NCBI GenBank assembly: GCA_963717785.1
Contig: CAVQWW010000006.1
Coordinates: 24,190 to 88,189 of the forward strand
Length of the DNA: 64,000 nt
Source: an uncultured Solirubrobacterales bacterium
GTDB lineage: Bacteria; Actinomycetota; Thermoleophilia; Solirubrobacterales; Solirubrobacteraceae
Direction: 5' to 3'
Numbering within the stretch: the stretch's first letter is position 1; each line of letters begins with the position of its first letter. The position numbers and the translations under genes are program-made. The notes beneath the pieces were generated by a model. It was not told where the DNA came from, did no database searches, and was given only the letters and a program-made list of their open reading frames with translations. Below are positions 31,261 to 42,566 of this stretch, piece by piece.

Positions 31261-32771
31261 CAGTGGAAGCTCAGATGGCTGGTGGTGGCGCTGACGACGT
31301 TGTAGACCACGAGCGCGAACACCGCGCCGGTGAGGAGCAGCGCCGCCGGCGTGCGCAGCCAGCGCAGACCGGGTTCGGGCGAGCCGATCGGTTTGGGCCA
31401 GCCGGGGGCCAGCGCCAGCAGGTACACGAGCGTGTACACGGGCAGCATGTAGCGTGCCTCGACCGCTGAGGTGACGCCCGTCGCGCCGAGCATCAGCGCG
31501 ATCGGATAGCGCCACCGAGCCGGGCCGAGGCTGCGCCGCGCGGTGGGCCATAGCAGGCGCACGAGCGCGAGGAAGACGAGCACGAAGCCGGCGATTCGCA
31601 GCCAGCGATCCCCCCCGCCTTCGAAGTCTTCGATATCCCCCGTGCGGTAGCGCGCGTCGAGGCCGTTGATGGTATGTCGCGTGAGCAGGGAGCCCATCGC
31701 GATGGGGTGGCTCGCGATCAGCCCGAGGTACTGGCCGGTGCTGGTGACCTTATCGCCCTTCTGCGTGCGCAGCAGCCGTTCGCCGGAGGGGTCGGCGTAG
31801 ATCATCCTCGGAGGATGTTCGGCTCCGACGTAGGTGTCGTAGCGCTGGGAGGCCAGGCCGGGCGTCAGATACTGTTCCGCCGGATTGAGGGTGGCTCCGG
31901 GGACGAAGCTCCACGTGTGGAAGTAGCGGTGCGCCGTGAGCGACTGCGGCAGCGATACGACCACGAAGCCCGCCACGAGCAGGCCCAGGCAGATAATCCG
32001 GCGCAGAGTGGAGGCGTGCGCGGAGCCGCGCTGTTCGAAGAACGTCCATGTTGCCAGCACGATCAGCCCGGGCAGCAGCAGCTCGTAGGCTGAGCGGATG
32101 TCGATCGCCAGGGCGCACGCGATGCCGGCGCACAGCATCCAGCCCGGCTTGTCGGGTCTTGCGATCGCAATCAGCGCCAGCAGCGCCGCCGCAAGTCCGG
32201 GGAAGTCGCTCAGCGGGAAGTTGAGATAGCCGTCCCAGAAGACGATCAGCAGCGCTGTGAGGGCCAATCGCCGCCACAGCCTCCAGCGCCGCTCGGGCCA
32301 GGCGGTTTCGGCGAACATCGGGGCCAGCACGGTCCCGATCGACGCAAAGATCAGGACGTTGAAGAGCTTCACGATGGAGGAGCTCGTCCAGGTGAGCCCT
32401 TTCGCGAGGCTCTGCAGCTCGTGGTCGATCAGCGGCAGCGAATATCCGCGGAACTGATCTTCGAAGTTCATCAGCGAGAAGTGCCCATTCCTGGTGAACA
32501 GTTCGCCCAGTTCCCAGTACTGCCCGGAGTCGTAGTAGAAGGGCTTGGGGCTCTGGAGCAGCGCGTCCGCCAGCAGCGCGATGAAGGCGATGCCGAACGC
32601 CAATGCCACGGCGAGGAACGCCGATCGCCGCCACGTTGCCACGCCAGCCCCTGCCCGCGTGCCTGCCGCCCCGCGCGCCTGTGCACGCGTCCCCCCGCGC
32701 GCCTGGCCGCGCGCCTGTGCACGCGTCTGTGCGCGCGTTCGCGCTCGTGGCTGCTTTGCCGGAGCTCCCAC
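31260..32771 (-). CDS. Polytopic membrane protein, probable GT-C glycosyltransferase
   Basis: YYDSGQYW first loop, RGYSLPL, PLSDFP, EARY motifs. Confidence 0.65.
   Translation of the reverse strand: MGAPAKQPRARTRAQTRAQARGQARGGTRAQARGAAGTRAGAGVATWRRSAFLAVALAFGIAFIALLADALLQSPKPFYYDSGQYWELGELFTRNGHFSLMNFEDQFRGYSLPLIDHELQSLAKGLTWTSSSIVKLFNVLIFASIGTVLAPMFAETAWPERRWRLWRRLALTALLIVFWDGYLNFPLSDFPGLAAALLALIAIARPDKPGWMLCAGIACALAIDIRSAYELLLPGLIVLATWTFFEQRGSAHASTLRRIICLGLLVAGFVVVSLPQSLTAHRYFHTWSFVPGATLNPAEQYLTPGLASQRYDTYVGAEHPPRMIYADPSGERLLRTQKGDKVTSTGQYLGLIASHPIAMGSLLTRHTINGLDARYRTGDIEDFEGGGDRWLRIAGFVLVFLALVRLLWPTARRSLGPARWRYPIALMLGATGVTSAVEARYMLPVYTLVYLLALAPGWPKPIGSPEPGLRWLRTPAALLLTGAVFALVVYNVVSATTSHLSFH
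32675..32746. repeat. Degenerate 12-bp tandem repeat in an N-terminal coding region
   Basis: GCGCCTGTGCAC-like units, encoding TRAQ/ARGQ. Confidence 0.6.
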
Positions 32772-32905
32772 ATCGCAAGCTAACCATCGATTTGCACCCC
32801 CCCAAAAGCGGGAGTCGGAGCACCGGCGTTCGGTCAATGCGCTCGGGCTACCCCCGTGCTGGCGGTGTTTCCATCTGAGCCCCTGCGCGCCGGTACCCTC
32901 GGGCT

Positions 32906-34813
32906 GTGCTCTCACGACTGGTCCTGACGCTCTCCGTGGCCGTGTTCCTGGCGCCTGTGCCGCTCGCGTACGGCGCGAGCGCCGATCCCAACGCGCCTGT
33001 GCCCGTGGCGCCCTCCGAAATCCCCTATCCGGGTCGCCGGTTCTCAGCCGATGGGATGCTGCGCATCGCCGAAGCGCTGCCCCTCGTGCGGCGCGAACGC
33101 GCGCGCAACCCGGGCTCCTACGGGGGGGCGTATTTGAAGGGTCCCGGACGCTGGCAGGTGAGCTTCTTCTCGCGCCACGCGCGGGAGATCGTGCAGGTCT
33201 ACATCTCCGATACCTCGGGCCGGGTGCTCGAGCAGTGGGCCGGGTTCCAGGTGGCGTGGACGATGGCGCGCGGCTACCCGGGCGCGTTCGGGCGCCACGT
33301 CACCGCGCTGTACATCTGGCTGCCCCTGTGCTTGGCATTCTTCGTGCCGTTCTTCAACTGGCGCAGGCCGTTCTCGCTGCTGCACCTCGACCTGCTTGTG
33401 CTGCTGTCGCTGTCGGTCTCGCTGGCGTTCTTCGACCACGCGCGCATCGGGCTGTCGGTGCCGCTCGCGTATCCGCCGCTGGTGTACCTGCTGGTGCGCA
33501 TGCTCGTCGTGGCGCGCCCCCGCCTGCGCAGCGGGCGCGTCCGCTCTTCCTCCACGGCGCCCGGGGCTCCGATTTCGACGCTGTCCTCCACATCGCCTGC
33601 CGTCCCCCGACTCCCTCCGGGCGCGGGGCTGCGCCTGCTCGTGGGGCCCGTGTGGCTGGCGATGGGGGTGCTGTTCCTGCTCGGCTTTCGCGTCGCGCTG
33701 AACGTGACCGACTCCAACGTGATCGACGTGGGCTTCGCGGGGGTGATCGGCGCGCAGCGCATCGCCGATGGGCGGCCGCTGTACGGGGGGTTTCCGGCTG
33801 ACAACGAACACGGGGACACCTACGGGCCCGTCAACTACGAGGCCTACGTGCCCTTCCAGCAGGCGCTCGGCTGGAGCGGGCAGTGGGACGACCTCCCCGC
33901 CGCGCACGGTGCGGCGATCCTGTTCGATCTGCTGGCCGTCGCGCTGCTGTTCCTGCTGGGGCGCCGCGTGCGCGGGCCCACCCTGGGGATCGCGCTGGCC
34001 TACGCGTGGGTCTCCTTCCCCTTCACCCTGTATGCGCTGGAGTCCAACTCCAACGACACGCTCGTCTGCGTGCTCGTGCTGGCGGCGCTTTTGTGCGCCA
34101 CCTCCGCCCCCGCGCGCGGGGTGTTCGCGGCGCTGGCGGGGCTCACCAAGTTCGCTCCGCTGGCGCTCGCGCCGCTGCTGGCGACGCACGGGGTGCGCGA
34201 GCGCGGGTGGGCGGGTATCTCATCTGGGCGCCGCGCACGCGCGCTGGGGGCCTTCGGGGCGGCGTTCCTGCTGACCGCCGCGCTCGTCGCGGTGCCCGCG
34301 GTGAGCCACGACTCGTGGCACACGATCTACGAGCGCACCCTCGCCTACCAGGCCAACCGCGGCTCGCCCTTCTCGGTGTGGGGGCTCTACGGGGGGCTCA
34401 GGACGGTGCAGAGCAGCGTCGAGGCGCTCGCCGTCGCGCTCGCGGTGGGATTGGCGCTCGTGCCGCGCCGCCCGGACGTGGTGGGCCTCGCCGCCGCGCT
34501 CGCGGCCGTGACCGTCGCGATCCAGCTGGGGGTGGAACACTGGTTCTACCTCTACGTCCCCTGGTTCTTCGGGCTCGCGATGCTCGCGCTGCTGGGGCGC
34601 GCCAGCGATCCGCTCGCTCCTCCGAGCGAGGGCTCCGGCCTCGACGGCCGCCTAGCTTCCGCGCCGGAGGACCTCCTGCTCACCCGGGCGCAGGCCGCGG
34701 CATCAGGATCTGCTCGATTGAGTCGGCCCGCCGCGCCGTCGAGCAGCGGACTAGGACGCCCATCAGCCACGGATCCTCTTCGGAGGTTTCAAAGCGCACC
34801 GGCATCTGTGTGA
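32906..34813 (+). CDS. GT-C (GT87-like) membrane glycosyltransferase
   Basis: NVIDVG..G, GDTYGPVNY, SNSND, LTKFAP; many TM helices; 3' end overlaps ymdB. Confidence 0.7.
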   Translation: MLSRLVLTLSVAVFLAPVPLAYGASADPNAPVPVAPSEIPYPGRRFSADGMLRIAEALPLVRRERARNPGSYGGAYLKGPGRWQVSFFSRHAREIVQVYISDTSGRVLEQWAGFQVAWTMARGYPGAFGRHVTALYIWLPLCLAFFVPFFNWRRPFSLLHLDLLVLLSLSVSLAFFDHARIGLSVPLAYPPLVYLLVRMLVVARPRLRSGRVRSSSTAPGAPISTLSSTSPAVPRLPPGAGLRLLVGPVWLAMGVLFLLGFRVALNVTDSNVIDVGFAGVIGAQRIADGRPLYGGFPADNEHGDTYGPVNYEAYVPFQQALGWSGQWDDLPAAHGAAILFDLLAVALLFLLGRRVRGPTLGIALAYAWVSFPFTLYALESNSNDTLVCVLVLAALLCATSAPARGVFAALAGLTKFAPLALAPLLATHGVRERGWAGISSGRRARALGAFGAAFLLTAALVAVPAVSHDSWHTIYERTLAYQANRGSPFSVWGLYGGLRTVQSSVEALAVALAVGLALVPRRPDVVGLAAALAAVTVAIQLGVEHWFYLYVPWFFGLAMLALLGRASDPLAPPSEGSGLDGRLASAPEDLLLTRAQAAASGSARLSRPAAPSSSGLGRPSATDPLRRFQSAPASV

Positions 34814-35477
34814 GAAGCGCCTCCACGGCCTGCTCGCGCTTGACCCCGATCACGCCCCCCCGCGCGCCCGTCATGCCGACGTCGGTGATGTACGCGGTCC
34901 CTCCCGGCAGCACGCGGCCGTCGGCGGTGGGGACGTGCGTGTGGGTGCCCACCACCGCGCTCACGCGCCCATCCAGCAGCCACCCCATCGCGATCTTCTC
35001 GCTCGTGGCCTCGGCGTGGACATCAACCAGCACGTGCTCGCACTCGCTCAGCTCCCCCAACGCGACTTCGATCTCGGTGAACGCGGAGCGCCCCGCGCGC
35101 AGGTAGAGGTTGCCGCTGATGCTCACCACGCCGAGGCGCAGGCCGTTCCGCTCGACGACACACGTGCCGTGGCCGGGCTGACTGCGCAGGAAGTTGAAGG
35201 GGCGCACGATGCGGGGCTGCTCGTCGAGGTAGGGGTAGATCTCGCGGCGGTGGTAGGTGTGGTTGCCCAGCGTGATCGCATCGACGCCCCCCGCGAACAG
35301 CGCGTTGGCGGCCTTCGGCGTGATCCCCAGCCCACCCGCGACGTTCTCGCCGTTGACGACCACGAAGGTCGGGTCATAGCGCTCGCGCAGGGCGGGGAGG
35401 CACTCGAGCAGCGTGTGCCGCCCCACGCTCCCCACCAGATCGCCCACGAACAGGATGCTCGCCTGTGCCTCAGCCAT
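34680..35477 (-). CDS. ymdB: YmdB/TIGR00282 metallophosphoesterase
   Basis: GDLVG, NGEN, TLGNH, DVHAEATSEK, GTHTHVPTAD, TDVGMTG. Confidence 0.93.
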   Translation of the reverse strand: MAEAQASILFVGDLVGSVGRHTLLECLPALRERYDPTFVVVNGENVAGGLGITPKAANALFAGGVDAITLGNHTYHRREIYPYLDEQPRIVRPFNFLRSQPGHGTCVVERNGLRLGVVSISGNLYLRAGRSAFTEIEVALGELSECEHVLVDVHAEATSEKIAMGWLLDGRVSAVVGTHTHVPTADGRVLPGGTAYITDVGMTGARGGVIGVKREQAVEALLTQMPVRFETSEEDPWLMGVLVRCSTARRADSIEQILMPRPAPG

Positions 35478-35500
35478 ACTGGGGCCATGACGAGACGGAG

Positions 35501-36706
35501 ATGAGCGTCGAGGAGACGATGGCCGCGCCCGCGGAGCCGCCCAGCCCGCAGGAGCAGGAGTTGACGGACGGGGAGGAGGACACCCGGAGCGCTCCGCCGG
35601 AGCCTCCGCGCGTGGTGGTGCCCCGCTGGGTGCAGCTGGTGCTGCTGCCGGTTGCGCTGCTGGCGCTGTGGGCGCTCGCGCGGGCGTCGGGCAGGGTGCT
35701 GCTGCTGTTCGTGGTGGCGGGGGTCATTGCGCTGATTCTCAACCCTGCGGTGGCCTTCCTTCAGCGCTCGGGCCTCCCTCGTGGCCTGGCGGTGCTGTCG
35801 GTGTTCCTCGCATTCTTCCTGACTTTGGCTGGAATCGGCTTCCTGCTGGCCAACCCTATCTCCAACCAGGCGCGCACATTCACCCACAACCTCCCGCACA
35901 TAGTCAACGAAGCCAACCGCACGATCGCCGAAGTGCAGAGCTACTTCAACCGGCACGGGATCCACGTGCACCTGGTGAAGCAGGGCAAGACGGCGCTGCA
36001 GACGCTCTCGGACAAGATCTCCAAGAGCTCCAGCGAACTCGTCTCCTTCGGCGGGGGGCTGCTCACGGAAGTCGTGAGCGCGGGCTTCAACGTGGTGCTG
36101 GTGTTCGTGCTGTCGGTGTATACGCTCCTCTACGGCGAGCGCATCGGGCGCCTCGTGCGCCGCGCGATGCCCGACGGCGATGGCACCCCCGCGGACGACT
36201 ACCCGACGCTGATCCAGCACGCCGTCTCGCGCTACGTCGGCGGGCAGCTGCTGTTCAGCTTCATCATGGGCACCACCGCGGGGCTGGCGCTGTACCTGTT
36301 CGGGGTGCTGGGCATCTTCCCCGATGGCAGCAAGTACGCGGTGGTGTTTGCGGTGTTCTTCGGCGTGATGGAGCTGATCCCCTACATCGGGCCGATCCTG
36401 GGCGCCCTGCCGCCGATCCTCGTGGCGCTGCTCACCAACCCGATCTCCGCGCTTTGGGTGGGGCTGCTGTTCGTGGGGCTGCAGCAGCTGGAGGGGCACG
36501 TGGTGGCGCCGCAGATCTTCGGCCACACGCTGCGCATCAACCCGCTGCTGGTGATCTTCGCGCTGCTGCTGGGGCTGCACGTGTACGGGTTCGTGGGCGC
36601 GCTCGTGGCGCTGCCGATCCTCGCGATCCTGCGCGAGACCGTCGTGTACCTGAGCCGTCATTTGACCCTCGAGCCGTGGGAGCGCTCGCCGGGCGGGATG
36701 CTGTGA
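35501..36706 (+). CDS. AI-2E family transporter
   Basis: LIPYIGP, QQLEGHVVAP, INPLLVIFALLLG. Confidence 0.92.
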   Translation: MSVEETMAAPAEPPSPQEQELTDGEEDTRSAPPEPPRVVVPRWVQLVLLPVALLALWALARASGRVLLLFVVAGVIALILNPAVAFLQRSGLPRGLAVLSVFLAFFLTLAGIGFLLANPISNQARTFTHNLPHIVNEANRTIAEVQSYFNRHGIHVHLVKQGKTALQTLSDKISKSSSELVSFGGGLLTEVVSAGFNVVLVFVLSVYTLLYGERIGRLVRRAMPDGDGTPADDYPTLIQHAVSRYVGGQLLFSFIMGTTAGLALYLFGVLGIFPDGSKYAVVFAVFFGVMELIPYIGPILGALPPILVALLTNPISALWVGLLFVGLQQLEGHVVAPQIFGHTLRINPLLVIFALLLGLHVYGFVGALVALPILAILRETVVYLSRHLTLEPWERSPGGML

Positions 36707-37503
36707 GCGGGAGCGTGGGGGGCGAGGACCCAGACCCCGCAGGCGCGGTCCTGCGCGCCACTGACATAACCAAGCGCTACGGCGAGCGCACGGCGCTGCG
36801 CGACGTCGGCTTCGCGCTGGGCCCCGGCGAACTGGTGGCGCTGATCGGCCCCAACGGAGCCGGCAAGACGACGCTGCTCTCGGTGCTCGCGGGGGTCTTG
36901 GCCGCGGACGGCGGGAGCGTCAGCTGCCCGCCCGAGGCGGGCGCGATCGGCTGGGTGCCCCAGCAGCCCGCCGTCTACACGAAGCTGACGGTCGCGGAGA
37001 ACCTGCGCCTATGGGCGCGCCTGGAGTGCGTGCCCGATGCGGATACGACGGTGCAGAGGATGCTCGAGCAGACCGACCTCGCAGACCGCGCGGACGAGCA
37101 GGTGGGACGCCTGTCGGGGGGCAACCGCCAGCGCGTGAACATCGCGGTGGGGCTGCTCTCAGAGCCCAGCGTGCTGCTCCTCGATGAGCCCTCCGCCGCG
37201 CTCGACCCGATCCAGCGAGGGCGCCTGTGGGAGTTCGTCGTCGCGCTTGCCGCGCACGGCACGAGCGTGGTGTTCTCCACGCACAACGTCGCTGAGGCCG
37301 AGCGCTACGCGGGGCGCGTGCTGGTGCTCGACGAGGGTCGCCTGCTGTTCGACGGCTCGCCGCGGACACTGATGGCGCAGGCCACCGACAGGAGCGAGGC
37401 GGAGGATGGAATCGATTTCGAGGAGGCGTTCGCGGCGTTCTTGCAGGGGCCCCCACACGAACAGGGCAAGCCGGCGGGCCCACTGCCGGGAAGGGCCGGC
37501 TGA
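36703..37503 (+). CDS. ABC transporter ATP-binding protein
   Basis: GPNGAGKTT, LSGGNRQR, LLLDEP, STH. Confidence 0.92.
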   Translation: MSGSVGGEDPDPAGAVLRATDITKRYGERTALRDVGFALGPGELVALIGPNGAGKTTLLSVLAGVLAADGGSVSCPPEAGAIGWVPQQPAVYTKLTVAENLRLWARLECVPDADTTVQRMLEQTDLADRADEQVGRLSGGNRQRVNIAVGLLSEPSVLLLDEPSAALDPIQRGRLWEFVVALAAHGTSVVFSTHNVAEAERYAGRVLVLDEGRLLFDGSPRTLMAQATDRSEAEDGIDFEEAFAAFLQGPPHEQGKPAGPLPGRAG

Positions 37504-37508
37504 TTCGG

Positions 37509-38883
37509 GTGCGCTGGCTGCTCGGCAAGGACCTGCTGATCCTGCGTCGCTCGCGCGTGCTGGTGGCGGTGCTCGTGGTGTACCCGATCGCGATCGCGCT
37601 GCTGATCGGCCTGGCGCTCTCGCGCTCGCCGGGGAAGCCGAAGGTGGCGATCGCCAACCTCGCGCCGCCCGGGGCCACCGTCGAATTGGGGGGCAGCAAG
37701 GTCGAAGTGGGCCGCTACTACTCGCAGCTGTTCAGCGAAGTGCAGCCACTACCCGTGTCCACGCGCGCGCAGGCGGTCGCGAAGGTGCGCTCGGGCGAGG
37801 CGCTCGCGGCGGTGGTGATCCCCGCGAACATCGCCTCCAAGTTGTCTTCGGTGCTGAGCCAGGGCCAGCTGGAAGTGATCTACAACGGCGACGCGCTGCA
37901 GCAGAGCCTCGCGCAGTCGAAGATCCAGGCGGCGGTTGCGCAGGCGAACCTCGAACTGTCACAGCAGATCCGCCGGCTGGCGTCGAAGGGGATCAACCTG
38001 CTCCTGCAAGGGGGAGACCTCAGCCAGCTGGGAATCAACCAGCCCCACCTCCTGGGCCTGGAAGCGCTGCCCGGGGTGCTCGATGGAGTGATCGCCCGCG
38101 CCCCGCCCGGCCACGATCGCCGCGAACTGCAGCGCGTGCGCGAACTGGCGAGCTTCGCGGCGAACAACCTCGAGCTCAGCAAGAACGTGCTCGCCACAGT
38201 GGGTCAGCCGGTGCAGGTGAATGCCACGACGGTGCACGGTCGGCGCACCCCCCTGAACGCGTTCGCGGTGGTCGTCGCGGTGAGCATCTCGCTGATGTTC
38301 GTGTGCGTGCTGCTCGCCGCGGGCGGAGTGGCGCTGGAGCGCGAAGACAACACGCTGGCGCGATTGATAAGAGGCCCACCGGGGCGTGGGCGGGTCCCTC
38401 AATCCTCCCGCGGGTCGCCCAATCTCCCCCGAGGGACTGGTGCTGGAGAAGCTGCTGCTGGCGGGCGGTTGCGCGTTCGTGCTGGCGTTCGCGATGCTCG
38501 CCGGGATCGGCGCGTTCGTGGCGCTCGATTGGAGCCGCATCGGGCTGTGGCTAGCGGCGCTGGTAGCGGGCGCGCTGGCGTTCGCGGCGCTTGGAGTCGC
38601 GATCGGCGCGCTCGCGCGAGAGGTGCGCGGCGCCTCGCTGCTGGCCTTTTTGCTCTCGCTGCCACTGGCGTTCCTCGCGCTTGTGCCCGCGGGCGCGGTG
38701 GCGCCGGGCCTCTACGACGCGATCCGCGCGGTCTCGGCGGTATTCCCCTTCAAGGCTGCCCTCCAGGCCTTGGACGCGGCGGTCAACGATTCCGAACCGG
38801 CGCTCGGCGGCTCGCTTGCACACCTGCTTGCTTTGACGCTGCTGTTCGGCGTGCTCGCTCGCGTGGGCCTGCGTCGCGCGTAG
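37509..38883 (+). CDS. ABC-2 transporter permease (frameshift near 38420)
   Basis: MRWLLGKDLLIL N-terminal TM, ALERED, C-terminal TM bundle in ORF 38386..38883. Confidence 0.85.
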
Positions 38884-38916
38884 CTGCACCCCCCGCAGCG
38901 CTCTATCCTCAAACCG

Positions 38917-39932
<1,016 letters not shown>

Positions 39933-39948
<16 letters not shown>

Positions 39949-41087
39949 ACACGACACCGAGGCTCCGATGGCGGCCCTGGGACGCGCGGGCGCACGCTCG
40001 AGGGCACGGCCGCGATCCCCAAGACGCGCAGCCGCAAGGAGGGCGCGGCGGTGGCGCTCGACGATCTCGATCGCCGCCTGCTGAACCTGATGCAGGGCAG
40101 TTTCCCGCTCGAGCCCCGGCCCGTACGCGTCGGTGGCGCGCGCCGCGGAGATCCCCGAGGAGGAGACGATGCGCCGCGTGCGGCGCCTGCTGGATGAGCG
40201 CATCGTGCGCCAGGTGACTCCGATCTACGATACGCGCGCGCTGGGGTACTCCTCGATGCTGGTGGCCGCCAAGGTCGATCCCGAGCACCCGTGGCGGGCG
40301 GCGAAGATCGTGAATGGCCACCCGGGGGTGTCGCACAACTACCTGCGCAACCACGACTTCAACATGTGGTTCACGCTCGCGACCGAGCCCGACTCGAAGC
40401 TCGGCCTGGAGGGCACGCTCGATGTGCTCCAGGACCTCACCGGCGCGGAGTCGATCCGCCAGCTGCCGACGCTGCAGCTGTTCAAGATCCGCATGGATCT
40501 GGAGATGGAGGGCGACACGAAGGCGCTCACGAGCGAGGGCGTGGCGCAGGAGCCGGTGGAGCTTCGAGCCCGCCGAGTACGACGAGCTCGATATCGCGGT
40601 GATCCGCGCGACGCAGGGCGATATGGCCGTTACGTCGAACCCATACGCGCAGCCGGCGCGCGAGCTGGGCATGACGGTGGAGGCGCTGCTGGAGCACATG
40701 CGCGGGATGCGCGAGCGCGGCATCCTGCGGCGCGTGGCGGCGATCCTCTACCACCGCAGGGCGGGCTTCTCGGCGAACGGGATGGGCGTGTGGAAGGTGC
40801 CGGCGGAGCGCATCGGCGAGCTGGGCCCGCGCATGGCCTCCTTCCGCGGCATCAGCCACTGCTACGAGCGCCCGACCTACGAGGATTGGCCCTACAGCGT
40901 CTTCACGATGGCGCACGGGCGCTCCAAGGAGGAGTGCGACGCGGTGCTCGACGCGATCGCCGCGCAGACGGGCATCGAGGAGCGCGCGACGCTCTACTCC
41001 TCGACCGAGTTCAAGAAGATCCGGCTGCTGTACTTCACCGAGGAATTCAAGGAGTGGGAGCGGGAGTTTGGAGAGGGCCGCCATTGA
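39933..41087 (+). CDS. Siroheme decarboxylase AhbA/AhbB (NirDL-type) two-domain Lrp/AsnC-like protein (frameshifts; start uncertain)
   Basis: [36 protein letters not shown]; second domain [19 protein letters not shown]...STEFKK. Confidence 0.85.
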
Positions 41088-41210
41088 GGCGGCGGGGATA
41101 AAGTGCCCACCCACCCGCGCCGTGCGCCAGCGAACGCGCACGCGGCGCTTGCTCGATGCGACCCTTCCACGGCGTGGTGACCGCATGATCGGGCCGTCGC
41201 GGAGGAGCAC

Positions 41211-42566
41211 ATGACCTCGCTCTCCGATGCCCACTCGGCCGAGCTCTACCGCCGCGCGTTGCGGGTGATGCCAGGCGGCGTCAACTCCCCCGTACGCGCG
41301 ATGCATGCGATCGGGCGCGATCCGATCTTCATCGAGCGGGGAGAGGGGGCGGAGGTGTTCGACGTGGATGGCAACCGCTACGTCGATTATGTGTGCTCGT
41401 GGGGCCCGCTGATCCACGGGCACGCGCATCCGGCCGTGCTCGCCGCTGTGAACGAGGCGGCCGCGCAGGGCACGACCTTCGGCGCGCCGACGCCCGGCGA
41501 GGTGCGCCTCGCGGAGGAGGTGACGCAGCGGATGGAGGGGGTGGAGATGCTGCGCATGACCTCCTCGGGCACCGAGGCGACGATGACAGCTATACGCGTG
41601 GCGCGCGCGGCGACGGGCCGCGAGAGGGTGCTGAAGTTCGCGGGCGCCTACCACGGCCACCTCGATGGGCTGCTCGCACAGGCGGGCTCGGGGCTGGCGA
41701 CCGCGGCGCTGCCCGCGAGCCTGGGCGTGCCCACCTCGGCGACGGCGAACACGGTGGTGGTCCCCTGGAACGATCCGCAGGCGCTGAGGGCGGCCACCGA
41801 GGACGAGGAGCACACCCTGAAGGGCACACCCTCTGGGGCATACCCCCGAGGGCACACCGCGGAGGACGCAGGCGGGCTGGCGGCGATCGTGGCCGAGCCG
41901 ATGCCGGCGAACATGGGGGTCGTGCCGCCGCGGTCGGGCTTCCTGGAGCTGCTGCGCGAGCGCGCCGACGCCACCGGCGCGCTGCTGGTGCTCGACGAGG
42001 TCATCTCGGGCTTCCGCGTCGCGCGCGGCGGGGCCCAAGAATTGACGGGCGTGCAGGGCGATCTGACGATCATGGGCAAGGTGCTCGGCGGCGGCCTCCC
42101 CGCTGCCGCGCTGGGCGGGCGCGAGGAGCTGATGGAGTTGCTGGCGCCCGCGGGCGGCGTCTACCAGGCGGGGACGCTCTCGGGCAATCCGCTGGCGGTG
42201 GCCGCCGGGCTGGCCACCCTGGAGCTGCTGGATGAGCAGGCATACCTGCGCCTGGGCGCCACGACAGAGCACCTCGCGGAGGGCCTGCGCGGCGCGGCGG
42301 CGCACGCGGACCGCGCGGTGCAGGTGGTGAGCCTGCCGGGACTCCTAACGGTGTTCTTCTCCGAGTCCCCCGTGCACGATCTGGCCGGCGCGCAGCGCTG
42401 CGACCTGGAGGCTCACGCAGCCTGGTGCAGAGCGCTCCTGGCGCGCGGGGTGTACCCGCCGCCGTCGCAGTTCGAGGCGTGGTTCCCCTCGCTGGCGCAC
42501 ACGCCCGAGCACATCGAGCACACAGTCGAGGCCGCCGCGGCCGCGTTCAGGGAGCTGGAGGAATGA
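41211..42566 (+). CDS. hemL: Glutamate-1-semialdehyde 2,1-aminomutase
   Basis: PGGVNSPVRA, SSGTEA, YHGH, DEVISGFR, GKVLGGGLP, QAGTLSGNP. Confidence 0.96.
   Translation: MTSLSDAHSAELYRRALRVMPGGVNSPVRAMHAIGRDPIFIERGEGAEVFDVDGNRYVDYVCSWGPLIHGHAHPAVLAAVNEAAAQGTTFGAPTPGEVRLAEEVTQRMEGVEMLRMTSSGTEATMTAIRVARAATGRERVLKFAGAYHGHLDGLLAQAGSGLATAALPASLGVPTSATANTVVVPWNDPQALRAATEDEEHTLKGTPSGAYPRGHTAEDAGGLAAIVAEPMPANMGVVPPRSGFLELLRERADATGALLVLDEVISGFRVARGGAQELTGVQGDLTIMGKVLGGGLPAAALGGREELMELLAPAGGVYQAGTLSGNPLAVAAGLATLELLDEQAYLRLGATTEHLAEGLRGAAAHADRAVQVVSLPGLLTVFFSESPVHDLAGAQRCDLEAHAAWCRALLARGVYPPPSQFEAWFPSLAHTPEHIEHTVEAAAAAFRELEE
41811..41866. repeat. Four 14-bp tandem units inside hemL
   Basis: CACACCCTGAAGGG CACACCCTCTGGGG CATACCCCCGAGGG CACACCGCGGAGGA. 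Confidence 0.8.

Noticed and set aside
34680-34813. 134-bp convergent overlap between the GT87-like gene and ymdB as antisense regulation
   Set aside because: Low-complexity tails and a high indel rate make stop-codon drift or assembly error more likely.
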